The position numbers and the translations under genes are program-made. Of a stretch of DNA of 64,000 nt, positions 50,901 through 61,433 are shown piece by piece. Position 1 is the first letter of the stretch. Every line of letters begins with the position of its first letter. Under the pieces are notes generated by a model. The model was not told the origin of the DNA and made no database searches. It worked only from the letters and a program-made list of their open reading frames with translations. Origin of the DNA: Oopsacas minuta (lineage: Eukaryota > Animalia > Porifera); assembly GCA_024704765.1 (NCBI GenBank), contig JAKMXF010000311.1, positions 1 to 64,000 on the forward strand. The letters are read 5' to 3'.

Positions 50901-51682
50901 AAATGAAAAACATTTGGAACAAATTTGGCAAAGGGATACTAAAATATCACGCGAATAGAGGTACACAAATTGAATTCATACCTTATACCTCTCTTGAGGA
51001 AGTTTTAAAAGCATTTCAAACATTTAAATTTCGTATTTGCTTCGTTATTGATGGAACCGCATCTATGCATAGCGATATTGACAAGGCAAGAGTTTCCGTA
51101 GGACAGCTAATCAGCAAGTACAGAACACAGGGCCATGGTGCTATGTTTTCAATTGTGATTTATCGAGACCATTGTGACGGTGGTAATCTAATTCAAAAGT
51201 TTCCGGTTGAATTGGAATTTACGAACAACCATGAGAGTGTGCAAACATTTCTTCAAGGCGTAAGGGTGTTTGGTGGAGGAGACGGTCCAGAGGCCGTGTT
51301 AGACGGACTAGCTACAGCTGTTAAAGGATGTAACTGGGATGGTAAATCAGGTACTAGAAATATAATTATTCACATATTTGACGCTCCCCCATATGGAGAT
51401 TTCCCCAATTATAAATCACATAGTAATGGCAGTGATAAAGGGAACTGTTGTTGTTGTAACCACGGTGGGTTATGTAAATTTGATTGGAAGAAAGATGTCT
51501 GGGATAAAATGCGGAAGGCTAACATTGAATATTATGGTATAAGCACTGGAAGTCAGTTTCCTCATTTCGAAAAGACAATGGAAGATAATTTGGGCAGGCT
51601 TTTTCGAGATGTGCAGGCAGTGGAAAAAGAGATGGTTAATGAGGCTGTGGTACAGATCTTCATCGATTACATAGTACCGTAG
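44964..51682 (+). CDS. Very large inducible GTPase (GVIN/VLIG-like) with HTH-like N-terminus, degenerate GTPase-like domain, Cys/His module and C-terminal vWA; ~2,240 aa if three frameshifts are corrected (pseudogene or assembly error)
   Basis: G1 GPQSSGKS (47595-47618), G2 SAGRCTRG, G3 DTEG; earlier GIGRAGWNPIGKS/DCHG; CPEKCPSCGKLC (50600); vWA DGTASM/YRDH/GGGDGPE/FDAPP. Four overlapping ORFs abut at microrepeats. Confidence 0.85.
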
Positions 51683-52557
51683 ATAGTCTAGTTAGGATCT
51701 TACTGAATATTTTACTTATGATAGATTGAGTGTGTTTTCCCAAGATTAGCCTGAAGTTTCAGAGTATTGTAGATATATATTGTGTGATTACTATCTGCTT
51801 TTGACTATAATTTCTGAATATGACATCTCTGAAGTGGGATGTACACGTGCCCCTTCACTTTGGTAAATTCCATCTTTTGACGAGAAGGTATCTTATAATT
51901 ATTTGTCACATGAAATTTCTCGTTTGTTAGTAATTTCCATACCAAAATGTTTATTTCATATACATAGCGAATTATTATATAAGTAAATTTATAGTAAGGG
52001 TGAAATTGTGAGCAAATTTTGTACCATCTATTGGTATCCAAATTCAAGAGCATGTCTATTGTATAAATGTATATACGTATATTTTCATATTGATTGGGTA
52101 TGCGAGCATAATTTCATATGGACTTTGAAGGTTGCAAGAGACCGCATGAAAGTAATTGATCAGACCCACAATAAAATTTAATGAAATAATTACGAAATTA
52201 AGGCAATTCAGACATATTTTATAGTATTTTCGAGTACGTAAGTTACCAACACTGCAATACATATATGAGTTTACATCAACTAAAGGGCAGCTGCTAGAGG
52301 ACTTATCAGACACTACCAATCATATGTTTCATCACAATTAAGTTAAGGTAATAGTGATGCATTGATGATACATTATTGAATAAAATATGGTGTCTCAAAT
52401 TCATTGCCCTCCTGTAAATAATCTTACTTATAATATAAATATAATTGAATTCCAAACAACCGGAATACGTATAAGTAAACTACGTCTCTACATATTTGAT
52501 AATTTTCAATGCACATTGTTAGATCAACTGATTCGAAATATTGAGCGAGTAAGGAGT

Positions 52558-52841
52558 TATTGAAAACGACTATTCACATACGAACAAGTTAGTATCCGCA
52601 TGGAAGTGACTATTCGAATGCGAGGTGGCTATTCGTATGAGAGAATGAGTTCATTCGCTGGCGATAATGATTGGATACGTATGCGAGATATAAAATTCAT
52701 TTTTGAATTTGATACTTGAAATCTGATACACACATATACAGCAATGAACGTTGTTCACAAACTAATACGAGAAAACGTTTCTTCCATTTTAATATATGTG
52801 TGGTCAGTAGCTTGTTCATATACGAATAGTCGTTTTCAATA
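52558..52841. mobile_element. MITE with ~35-bp TIRs
   Basis: TATTGAAAACGACTATTC..ACAAG has an inverse copy at 52807-52841; an internal TTGAAATCTGATACACAC also occurs near 12953. Confidence 0.8.
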
Positions 52842-53290
52842 TATGGAATAAGATGAAGTAGAAAATTATATTATTGCTCAAACTATAGTAGCGTCCAATT
52901 AAAATTCAGAAAATAATGCGTATTCAAGTTATCCATGTTTCATAAGCAAGAAGAATCTGCCTATGGTAAACACCCAACGAGTATTTTGTACCTTGTCTGA
53001 TTCTTTCAGTCCACTAGCTATCATAGCGTTAGCTATGGAGAAATGTACAGGTTCATTTTTCACATCACCCCGAATTGTGTGAGCTGAAAAAATATTTTTA
53101 CGACCGTGGGCAGGCTAGGTAAGGGTAGGAATTATAGGTGATCATAGTTTCTCTGTACACATTTTCTTTATGCGTCTTGCAGGCCACGCATATTTATGTT
53201 GTACGATCTTTATACTTATATTAGAATGGAAATATTCTAACTGGAATGTTAAGATACCAAATTGTATTTAGAGAATTGAGCATGAAGCAA

Positions 53291-54012
53291 CTATACCTTG
53301 ATGAAGAAATAAAGACAACCAATAGTAATAAGGTAAATATATGAAAGCAATAAAAATGTGAAAAAGCCAACGATATAATGAAGCGAGCTGTAAAAGATTG
53401 AAACTATAAAGAAAGCAGTACTGTAGGCGCTAACAGCTGCAAAAGCGAAAGAGAACTCCTTATGCATAGTAAACATAATTCTCATAAGTGAATAGACTAC
53501 AAGTCCCCACCTGAATCCGAATGAGAATGCGGACAAGGCAATGCTAGAAATTGGCCGAAATGCTAGTGTATGACATAATTGCAGATTGCCATAGAGATGT
53601 GAGAAATAGCCTGGAAAATAGATGCTGCTATCATCAGCCATTTCAACTTACAATAATTCATAATTAGAATACACACGATTGCTCCAATAATCAAGAATAT
53701 TGGATAGAAGAGAGATGCTACCTTAGGATCCATTGCTTGTTGATTCTCTAGAATATGAGAAGAGAATGATACCATAGCCTCATGACCTCCTAACTCTTTG
53801 AGTACTGCTTAATACAGACAATTTTATGATAGGTTTAATGCTTTCCAATTTTTCAACTCTCTGAAACTTTCATTCCAGCTAATTTTGTTGCTCAGTGTCT
53901 TGCCCTTAATCTTCTCTATTTCAGTATCTGCATCAAACTTAACACCATGTAAACACAAGAGAATTGATTTAGCTTATCATCCAAACCTTTGTTGCCCAAA
54001 CCATACAGGTGA
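53291..54012 (-). pseudogene. 5'-truncated, frameshifted copy of the sugar-porter MFS gene
   Basis: Matches the 3' half of the neighbouring genes; lacks the ~50-nt YYLVSEHYLHC segment near 53582, has further indels, and has no 5' half. Confidence 0.88.
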
Positions 54013-54760
54013 ATGGTAGCAAACGAGGCATAAAATTTAAATGAAAATTCAAATAACTCATTCATATTTTCATCAAAGAATACAAAGAAAAATACACGTA
54101 TCTAGCTATTTTACATTATTACAATGGAATAATATGCGGATAAGACGTACTTATATTAGTACTTACTAATAATATATTTCCCGAGAGAGCATATCTTATC
54201 CATACTCTACTTTACATTGTATTTGTATCAATAATTGGCGTAAATTCTAATTTCTCCGATTGGATGACGATCGATGGATTTTCATCGATTGTTGTTGATT
54301 CTTTTCGATTCTTTATGTCCTAAATAATATCTAATGTAATCCAATGTAACACAGTTATTATTCGAAATTTGATTTTTATAAGATGATTTGGCCATAACAT
54401 TAATATTAGCCTCAAAGATGTTATACATGGTCGCTGATATAACTCTGGGACGTGCGAACTTTATTATGACAAATTTTGATATTTTGTATAGCATTATTGT
54501 TAGTAGGCGCCAGGCTCCTGGGAGATAAGGTCTACTCTAAAATCCTGGGCCGGGTGCCCAGGCTAAGAAATTATTAAAACGTGCAACCCGGGACGGAAAA
54601 AATCAAAGCTGCAAACCCTATGCGAATACCCTCGAAATCAATCGGAAAGAATCAAAAACTGACCTTTGGACAGTCGATTTCGGTTGGATTGGGGAATTAG
54701 ATGTTTGATATTGGCAACCTTGGACAGGAATTTGTTTCCGTCGACCCTGCAGCTGAAATG

Positions 54761-54763
<3 letters not shown>

Positions 54764-54792
<29 letters not shown>
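54764..54792. repeat. (TA)n microsatellite
   Basis: Direct reading. Confidence 0.95.
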
Positions 54793-54794
<2 letters not shown>

Positions 54795-54852
54795 TTACGT
54801 GATATTTAATGAAGATCCGAGCAGAAAATGGGATGACCATAGAATCTATCAA

Positions 54853-56169
54853 TTAGATATCGATGAAGAAATACACGTAAACAATAGATAATAGGTAATT
54901 GGTGGCGAATATTAAGAAGGTGAAAAATCCGCCAATTTTGTGAAGCAAGTAGAAAAACAAAAAGATAACAAATAAGCAACTAATAGTAGTAAAAATATAA
55001 ATGAAGGTAATAGAGAATTCCTTATGGACTGTAAACATCATCCCCATAAGTGAGTAGTATACGTTCCCCCAACCGAACCCATATGACAACGCAAATAAAG
55101 CAATATTGAATATTGGCCAAAATGCTAATGTATCGCATAATTGTGAGTATTCTGAATTACAGTGTAGATAGTGCTCAGAAACTAAATAATAGAATGCCAT
55201 AGAGATGTGAGAAATAGCCTGGAAAATAGATGCTGTTATCATCAGCCATTTCAACTTACAATAATTCATAATTAGAATACACACGATTGATCCAATAATC
55301 AAGAATATTGGATAGAAGAGAGATGCTACCTTAGGATCCATTGCTTGTTGATTCTCTAGAATATGAGAAGAGAATGATACCATAGCCTCATGACCTCCTA
55401 ACTCTTTCAGAGAGGCTAATACAGACAATATGATAATAGGTTTCAATACTTTCCAGTCTTTCAATGCTCTGAAACTTTCACTCCAACTAATTTTACTACT
55501 CAGTGTCTTCTCCTTAATCTTCTGTATTTCAGTATCTGCATCAAACTCACTACCATGTAAATACAAGAGAGTTGATTTAGCTTTATCATCCAAACCTTGT
55601 TGCACATACCATACAGGTGAAAGAGGATTTATGATCATCGAAAGACAATACATACATACTTGAAATAATCCAAACACTGCAAACCATCTGAAAGACAGCC
55701 AAATTCCTGCGGAATATACCATGAACAATCCTATTCTAATGCTGAATCCGAATCCTCCATTCATAACCTTTCTCTGATTATCCAAACTTACCTCAGTAAT
55801 ATAGGTCATTCCGACTATCATAGCAATCCCTGTTTGATACCCTACTAGTGCGACACCTATAATCACATACACAGCTGAATTTGCTATGACTATCAGCATA
55901 TACCCTGTTACACCAATCACACAACATAGTGTAACTAGCAACTTTTGATTAAAACCAAATTGAACAAGAATAGGGGCAGAAATTTCGGCCACCAGTCTTG
56001 TGAAAAATGAAATTGACGCAAATGTTGGCAAAGTCTGGTAATTCAGAATATTTTGTTCCAATAACTGTTTTTGATTTGGAGAAGTGATTCCAAGTGAAAA
56101 TGCTAGTGTCAATGCACCTAAATAGCATGAAAATACTGCAAAATAAGTCGGAATCTCCTGGAAGTTCAT
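54853..56169 (-). CDS. MFS sugar-porter family transporter (GLUT8/Tret1-like), intronless, 438 aa
   Basis: SLGITSP, YITEV..QR, PLSPVW (PESP-like), GFGWG; multiple TM segments. Confidence 0.85.
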   Translation of the reverse strand: MNFQEIPTYFAVFSCYLGALTLAFSLGITSPNQKQLLEQNILNYQTLPTFASISFFTRLVAEISAPILVQFGFNQKLLVTLCCVIGVTGYMLIVIANSAVYVIIGVALVGYQTGIAMIVGMTYITEVSLDNQRKVMNGGFGFSIRIGLFMVYSAGIWLSFRWFAVFGLFQVCMYCLSMIINPLSPVWYVQQGLDDKAKSTLLYLHGSEFDADTEIQKIKEKTLSSKISWSESFRALKDWKVLKPIIILSVLASLKELGGHEAMVSFSSHILENQQAMDPKVASLFYPIFLIIGSIVCILIMNYCKLKWLMITASIFQAISHISMAFYYLVSEHYLHCNSEYSQLCDTLAFWPIFNIALFALSYGFGWGNVYYSLMGMMFTVHKEFSITFIYIFTTISCLFVIFLFFYLLHKIGGFFTFLIFATNYLLSIVYVYFFIDI

Positions 56170-56395
56170 AATTATGTTACCAATAGGGATAATTATGTGT
56201 ATTTATCAACGTTAAATATACGTAGTTTGCCAAAGGCATATTTGAAACCGGGCAAGCACATCTACACAAGGGTAGGAAATTCATTTTTACAGCCATAAAT
56301 AATCTTCAGGTTTATTACAATATTTACATGCTTCCCCTAAATATGTATCTTTCGTGATAAATCTTATAGATTATCATTATAAACAATTGGGGCTT

Positions 56396-56779
56396 TCACG
56401 AAATATTTGGTTAGTGTTGTTTTTGGTCGGCAGGACCAATATTTCAGCCATTTCGGTCCTGTGATAATATATACCACTATCTATACGCTTGTTTGTTTGG
56501 TCCCTTTTCTGGGTTCACATGCATAATAACTATTTTAAATGTGTGATTACCTCGACACTCCGTTTACCAGGTTTATAATATGTATGAATAATTATTCAAT
56601 AAACATTCTAAATTTGGTAATATAGCTGGGAGAAATTAGGGAAAATTATTATTCTGATCACCTAAAATATATGTATTACCATATATAATGCATTAGCCAT
56701 TAGTATTATCGCCGGACCGAGATAGTTGAAATATTAGGTCCGACCGGACTAAAAACAACACGGACAAAATATTTCGTGA
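56396..56779. mobile_element. MITE with ~75-bp imperfect TIRs
   Basis: TCACGAAATATTT..GTGTTGTTTTT..GGACC.ATATTTCA..TCGGTCC has an inverse copy at 56704-56779. Confidence 0.8.
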
Positions 56780-57794
56780 CACGCGTCGCATAAACTTAGA
56801 TGAAACTCAGCCCTGGTATAAGAATATTTAGCAATGAAAGATTCGTTCAAATCTTGGATATTGTTTATTCTTAGATCTTTGGGAATTAGTTTGGGAGATT
56901 GTTATAATTTAGGCGGACCAGGAGATGGATAATAGAATTCAACTTTTGGCTTGTCTTATGACAAGGAGATCAACCTCTGCCCAAAAATGAATGACCAGAT
57001 AAACGGATAAGGCTTATATTAGTGAGAATACATCAGTGGTGCAAACAAAGTGTGTTTAGCACGTCATTTACCGCTTATATGCTGTCAATTGACTCACGTA
57101 TCATATTTAGGTAATTTCATAATCTATATTTAGGAATTATTGCAAGTATACGTTTATTGTGGGCAAGGTATGATTCGATTCATCGGGCTTGAACAATATT
57201 GAAAATTTTGGAAATTCCGATATCTGAGGAAAATATCGATATAGGAAATTTAATGAGATGGAAGAGAGCAAGATTGTCTATGGTGAATCAGGCAATCACT
57301 GACAAATTCTCAGAAAGTCAATTGTGTAATGTACGTACGTAAGGAATCTCCTTGTCGAATATGAACACGTAGATTCAAGGAGAATATGTGAGAAAATTAC
57401 TGGTGACGAATTATGAATTGGGTATGACGAGCCCTGTCAGAGGAAATACATAAGGTTTGGGTACTAAAAGGAGATGCATCTCGACTAAATTCAAGGCAAT
57501 ACTTCAGAGACCAGAAGTTTCTATATTCAATTCATTCGATACAAAAGATCCAGTTTCCCAGATTATAACCCCAATAGAAAAAAGAATCACTGGAGAAATT
57601 TGAAGAAGAGAAGTCCTAAATCACGACAAAGACCCACTAAAAGAGGCCCCACTTTGAGAAGTTCCAATGTATCACCTAATACAGAACCCTATAGCTTTTA
57701 GAAGTCAAATATATATATTTTTTGATTGTCAGCATTAATAAGGGATACAAAAGTTGTCTGAACAATTATGAGGAAATTGAAATAACAACAGGTA

Positions 57795-59111
57795 TTATAT
57801 ATTGAAGAAGAAATATACCAATACAATAGCTATTAAGTAATTACAGGAAAATATTAGAAAAGTTGCAAATCCACCAATATTGTGAAGTAAATAGAAAAAT
57901 ATCATAACAACTATGTATGCAGAAAAGTTGGCGATCATGTCTGTTATAGCAGTAAAGAGTTCCCTGTGTATAGTAAACATTATGCCAACCAACGCGAAGT
58001 ATACAAGTCCCCATCCAAATCCGAATGAAAATGAAAACAGTGCTATGTTAAATATGGGCCAAAATGCTAGTGTATGACATAATTGTGAGTATTCTGTATT
58101 ACAGTGTAGATAGTGCTCAGAAACTAAATAATAGATTGCCATAGAGATGTGAGAAATAGCCTGGAAAATAGATGCTGTTATCATCAGCCATTTCAACTTA
58201 CAATAATTCATAATTAGAATACACACGATTGATCCAATAATCAAGAATATTGGATAGAAGAGAGATGCTACTTTAGGATCCATTGCTTGTTGATTCTCTA
58301 GAATATGAGAAGAGAATGATACCATAGCCTCATGACCTCCTAACTCTTTCAGAGAGGCAATTACAGCCATCAAAATCATTGGTTTTAATACTTTCCATTC
58401 TTTTAAGATCCTGAAACTTTCAATCCAACTAATTTTACTACTCAGTGTCTTCCCCTTAATCTTCTGTATTTCAGTATCTGCATCAAACTCACTACCATGT
58501 AAATACAAGAGAGTTGATTTAGCTTTATCATCCAAACCTTGTTGCACATACCATACAGGTGAAAGAGGATTTATGATCATCGAAAGACAATACATACATA
58601 CTTGAAATAATCCAAACACTGCAAACCATCTGAAAGGCAGCCAAATTCCTGTGAAATATGCTATGAACAAACCTAATCTAACGCTGAATCCGATTCCCCC
58701 ACTCATGACCTTTCTCTGATTATCCAAAGTTACCTCTGCAATATATATAAATACGAACATCGCAACAATCCCTGTATAATACCCCACTAGAGCGACACCT
58801 ATGATTACGTACGCAGCTGAATTTGCTATGACTATCAACACATACCCTGCTATACCAAGTACACTACTTATTACGGCTTGCAATTTTAGATTGAAACCAA
58901 GTTGAACTAGAAGAGATGCAGAACTCAAACCTAATATTCTTGTGATATGTGATATTGAAGCGAATATTGGTAAAGTTTGATAATCTAGAATATTTTCATC
59001 GATTAGTTGTTTTTGAGTTGGAGAAGGAAATCCTACAATAAATATAATAGTTGTTGTTCCTATGTAACTTGAAAAAACTGCAATGTATGTAGGCAAATTG
59101 CTTAGATTCAT
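57795..59111 (-). CDS. MFS sugar-porter family transporter paralog, intronless, 438 aa
   Basis: Same length and motifs as 54853-56169. Confidence 0.85.
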   Translation of the reverse strand: MNLSNLPTYIAVFSSYIGTTTIIFIVGFPSPTQKQLIDENILDYQTLPIFASISHITRILGLSSASLLVQLGFNLKLQAVISSVLGIAGYVLIVIANSAAYVIIGVALVGYYTGIVAMFVFIYIAEVTLDNQRKVMSGGIGFSVRLGLFIAYFTGIWLPFRWFAVFGLFQVCMYCLSMIINPLSPVWYVQQGLDDKAKSTLLYLHGSEFDADTEIQKIKGKTLSSKISWIESFRILKEWKVLKPMILMAVIASLKELGGHEAMVSFSSHILENQQAMDPKVASLFYPIFLIIGSIVCILIMNYCKLKWLMITASIFQAISHISMAIYYLVSEHYLHCNTEYSQLCHTLAFWPIFNIALFSFSFGFGWGLVYFALVGIMFTIHRELFTAITDMIANFSAYIVVMIFFYLLHNIGGFATFLIFSCNYLIAIVLVYFFFNI

Positions 59112-59295
59112 TTTCTCCCGCTCGATAGTAATTATTGAATTCTCTATTGATTTGTATAATTATACTTTTGATATTATGTACCTGAATTTTGTTCTACCTA
59201 CAAATCCTTTTTTAGTGTTTCACACAAGATTATGTATGCTCAGGAATTTGGTTGAGCTATATGTTTTCATATTCTGTATTATCTGTTAATCTTTA

Positions 59296-59654
59296 CGAGC
59301 CGCTTCGTTTGCTCGCACTGCGCGGCTCGCGAACACTTTGTGTTCGCATGGGACTCGGCATTTCGTGCCTAGAATTCGAAAACCATAAATTGCAAAATTG
59401 AATCAATATAAAATTATTTAAACAATTTGTTTACTTGATATTCATAAAAACAACAATAATTTACATATGTTTAATTACAAAGTGTGAAAATCCGAATCAC
59501 AACTCTATTATCCCAATGTAATTGTTTACTTTTCCTATATCGTCAACAGAAGGACATGTTATTCCCTATATTATATACGCATATCATCTTCCCCTATTAT
59601 TATAATACAAAGTGGACAAACAAACACATAATAATTGAGTTTTAATCATATAGA
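59296..59654 (-). mobile_element. Non-autonomous Helitron (short copy)
   Basis: Minus strand A|TCTATATGATTAAAA..TGTTTGTTTGTCC; hairpin GCGAACAC-TTT-GTGTTCGC; 3' CTCG|T. Confidence 0.72.
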
Positions 59655-60149
59655 TATGTAATAGAATCTGTTTTTCTGCATCTAAATAGAGAAAGTGCAT
59701 CATTTAACGGATTAATTAAGCGAGTTATATGACGCGTTTTTAGGGAAACACTGTAGTATTGTTATCTATTGCAATGTTAGCTTTCAGCAAATAATCATTA
59801 CTCATTGCATCTTTTCGTTTATACTTATCTGCGATATATACTTTGTACTGAAAGCATTCAGAATTTGTAAATTCCCTACACCAATCAATATGTTGTCGGT
59901 AGTAATTGGTTACGTAGAGTCCGAATTTGAGATTTTCCTTTAAGTAACAAATTCCCAGATTTATCATAGGAATCATAGCAGATTACACCTTTTGCAACAT
60001 ATTTCAAAAAGATGCTAGAGAACATAAAATACGTTAACAATACTAGAATTTCAACAATTTGAAATCATATTCTATTTGTCAGTGAAATTTACGAGTGTTT
60101 TTCATATAGAATATTTTCGGAGTGGGTGATTTATATATTCGTGATTATG

Positions 60150-60214
60150 GTTGTACGCGGAGATCCAAATAAACACCGAAGTGGTACGCGGTGTTAAAAG
60201 TTTGAGGACCGCTG
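60150..60214. mobile_element. Charlie-type hAT terminal remnant
   Basis: AAAGTTTGAGGACCGCTG (reverse complement CAGCGGTCCTCAAACTTT) resembles the TIR at 10508. Confidence 0.55.
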
Positions 60215-61433
60215 CACTTGCGATTAAGAGATTTATAATATTTATTGTTATAATTGAACTTGTTGTCAAAGTATGTTCAATTCCAAAATGCAATTGCAGT
60301 TGTCCACAATCGCCAATTTGATCAGAATTAGATCATTTAACTATCTTAGAGATATGATAGTTAGGCCTCAATATCACAAGATCAGTAACTATATACATAG
60401 ATTGTATTATCAGTAAAATACATAATTAGAATTTATATATGTTAGATTTCTTTAGCACTTTTATGATAAAATATTTTAAAGATTTTTGCCAATTCTTTCC
60501 AAAGAATTCTCATTGTTTTGATATTCATTTCAAGGCTAATATAAGTATGCCAAGAATGGTGGGAACAAAAGTTTGGGGATATTTCACCCTAGCGCACCTA
60601 GACTCGTGGCACTAGGGTGAGAAGTCCTCCTTTTGGACATGTTCGCGTTCATCCCCGATTCCCAGTCCTACAGCTTAAACATCGAAATCAGCTATATACT
60701 TCGTATTTCTTATTCATTTATGATACCAAGGGAACCGGACTTTCCCACAACTCGAACGGTCCAGGGAGGGCTCACTCATATATTATATATTAGCTCTATA
60801 GGGCTGTAACGAATCAAAGGGGGGGCCTCAATTTAGATAAATTTAATACTGGTGCATTGCGGCATCTACACGGTGGGGTCAGGGGGCACGTGTCCCCCTG
60901 AAGAGAACAAATACATAACCCTGACCTGCACTACCAGTCTGTCGGCTGGACATTTTTCAAAAAGTTGTACAAACAATGAAAACGCTGCCAACATGTGTAA
61001 TATAGTATTATGTATTTGTGTACAGTGGAATTTGATAGTATTTATTTTGAACATTTTAGAACATTTTCCAAAAGTTGTATAACCTTCGGACCTGTTCGCA
61101 TTATCGAGGGCCTACTGTACTTTGAAGGGTGTAGAAATAGGATAATAACAAAATAGGAAGAACATCTGCTATAATGAAAGTATGTCCAGAATATAATTCT
61201 CTATACACAACAAACATAATTGCCATCAGTGCATAGAATATAACTCCCCAAAATAATGAGTAAAGCCTTTAATAATATATCAAAAAGTATAACTAAATAT
61301 ATACATAACAAAGTACTATCCAACATATACAAAAATGTTTGCTTCATAACATGAGCCAATTAAATATTCTGTAAATATTCCTTTAGTAACCAGCATATAA
61401 TACGAATTGTAACATATAGACATTAGACATCAA

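Noticed and set aside
56900-57700. Stop-riddled protein-like text on the + strand between the transporters
   Set aside because: No recognisable motif; possibly a decayed transposon but cannot be assigned.
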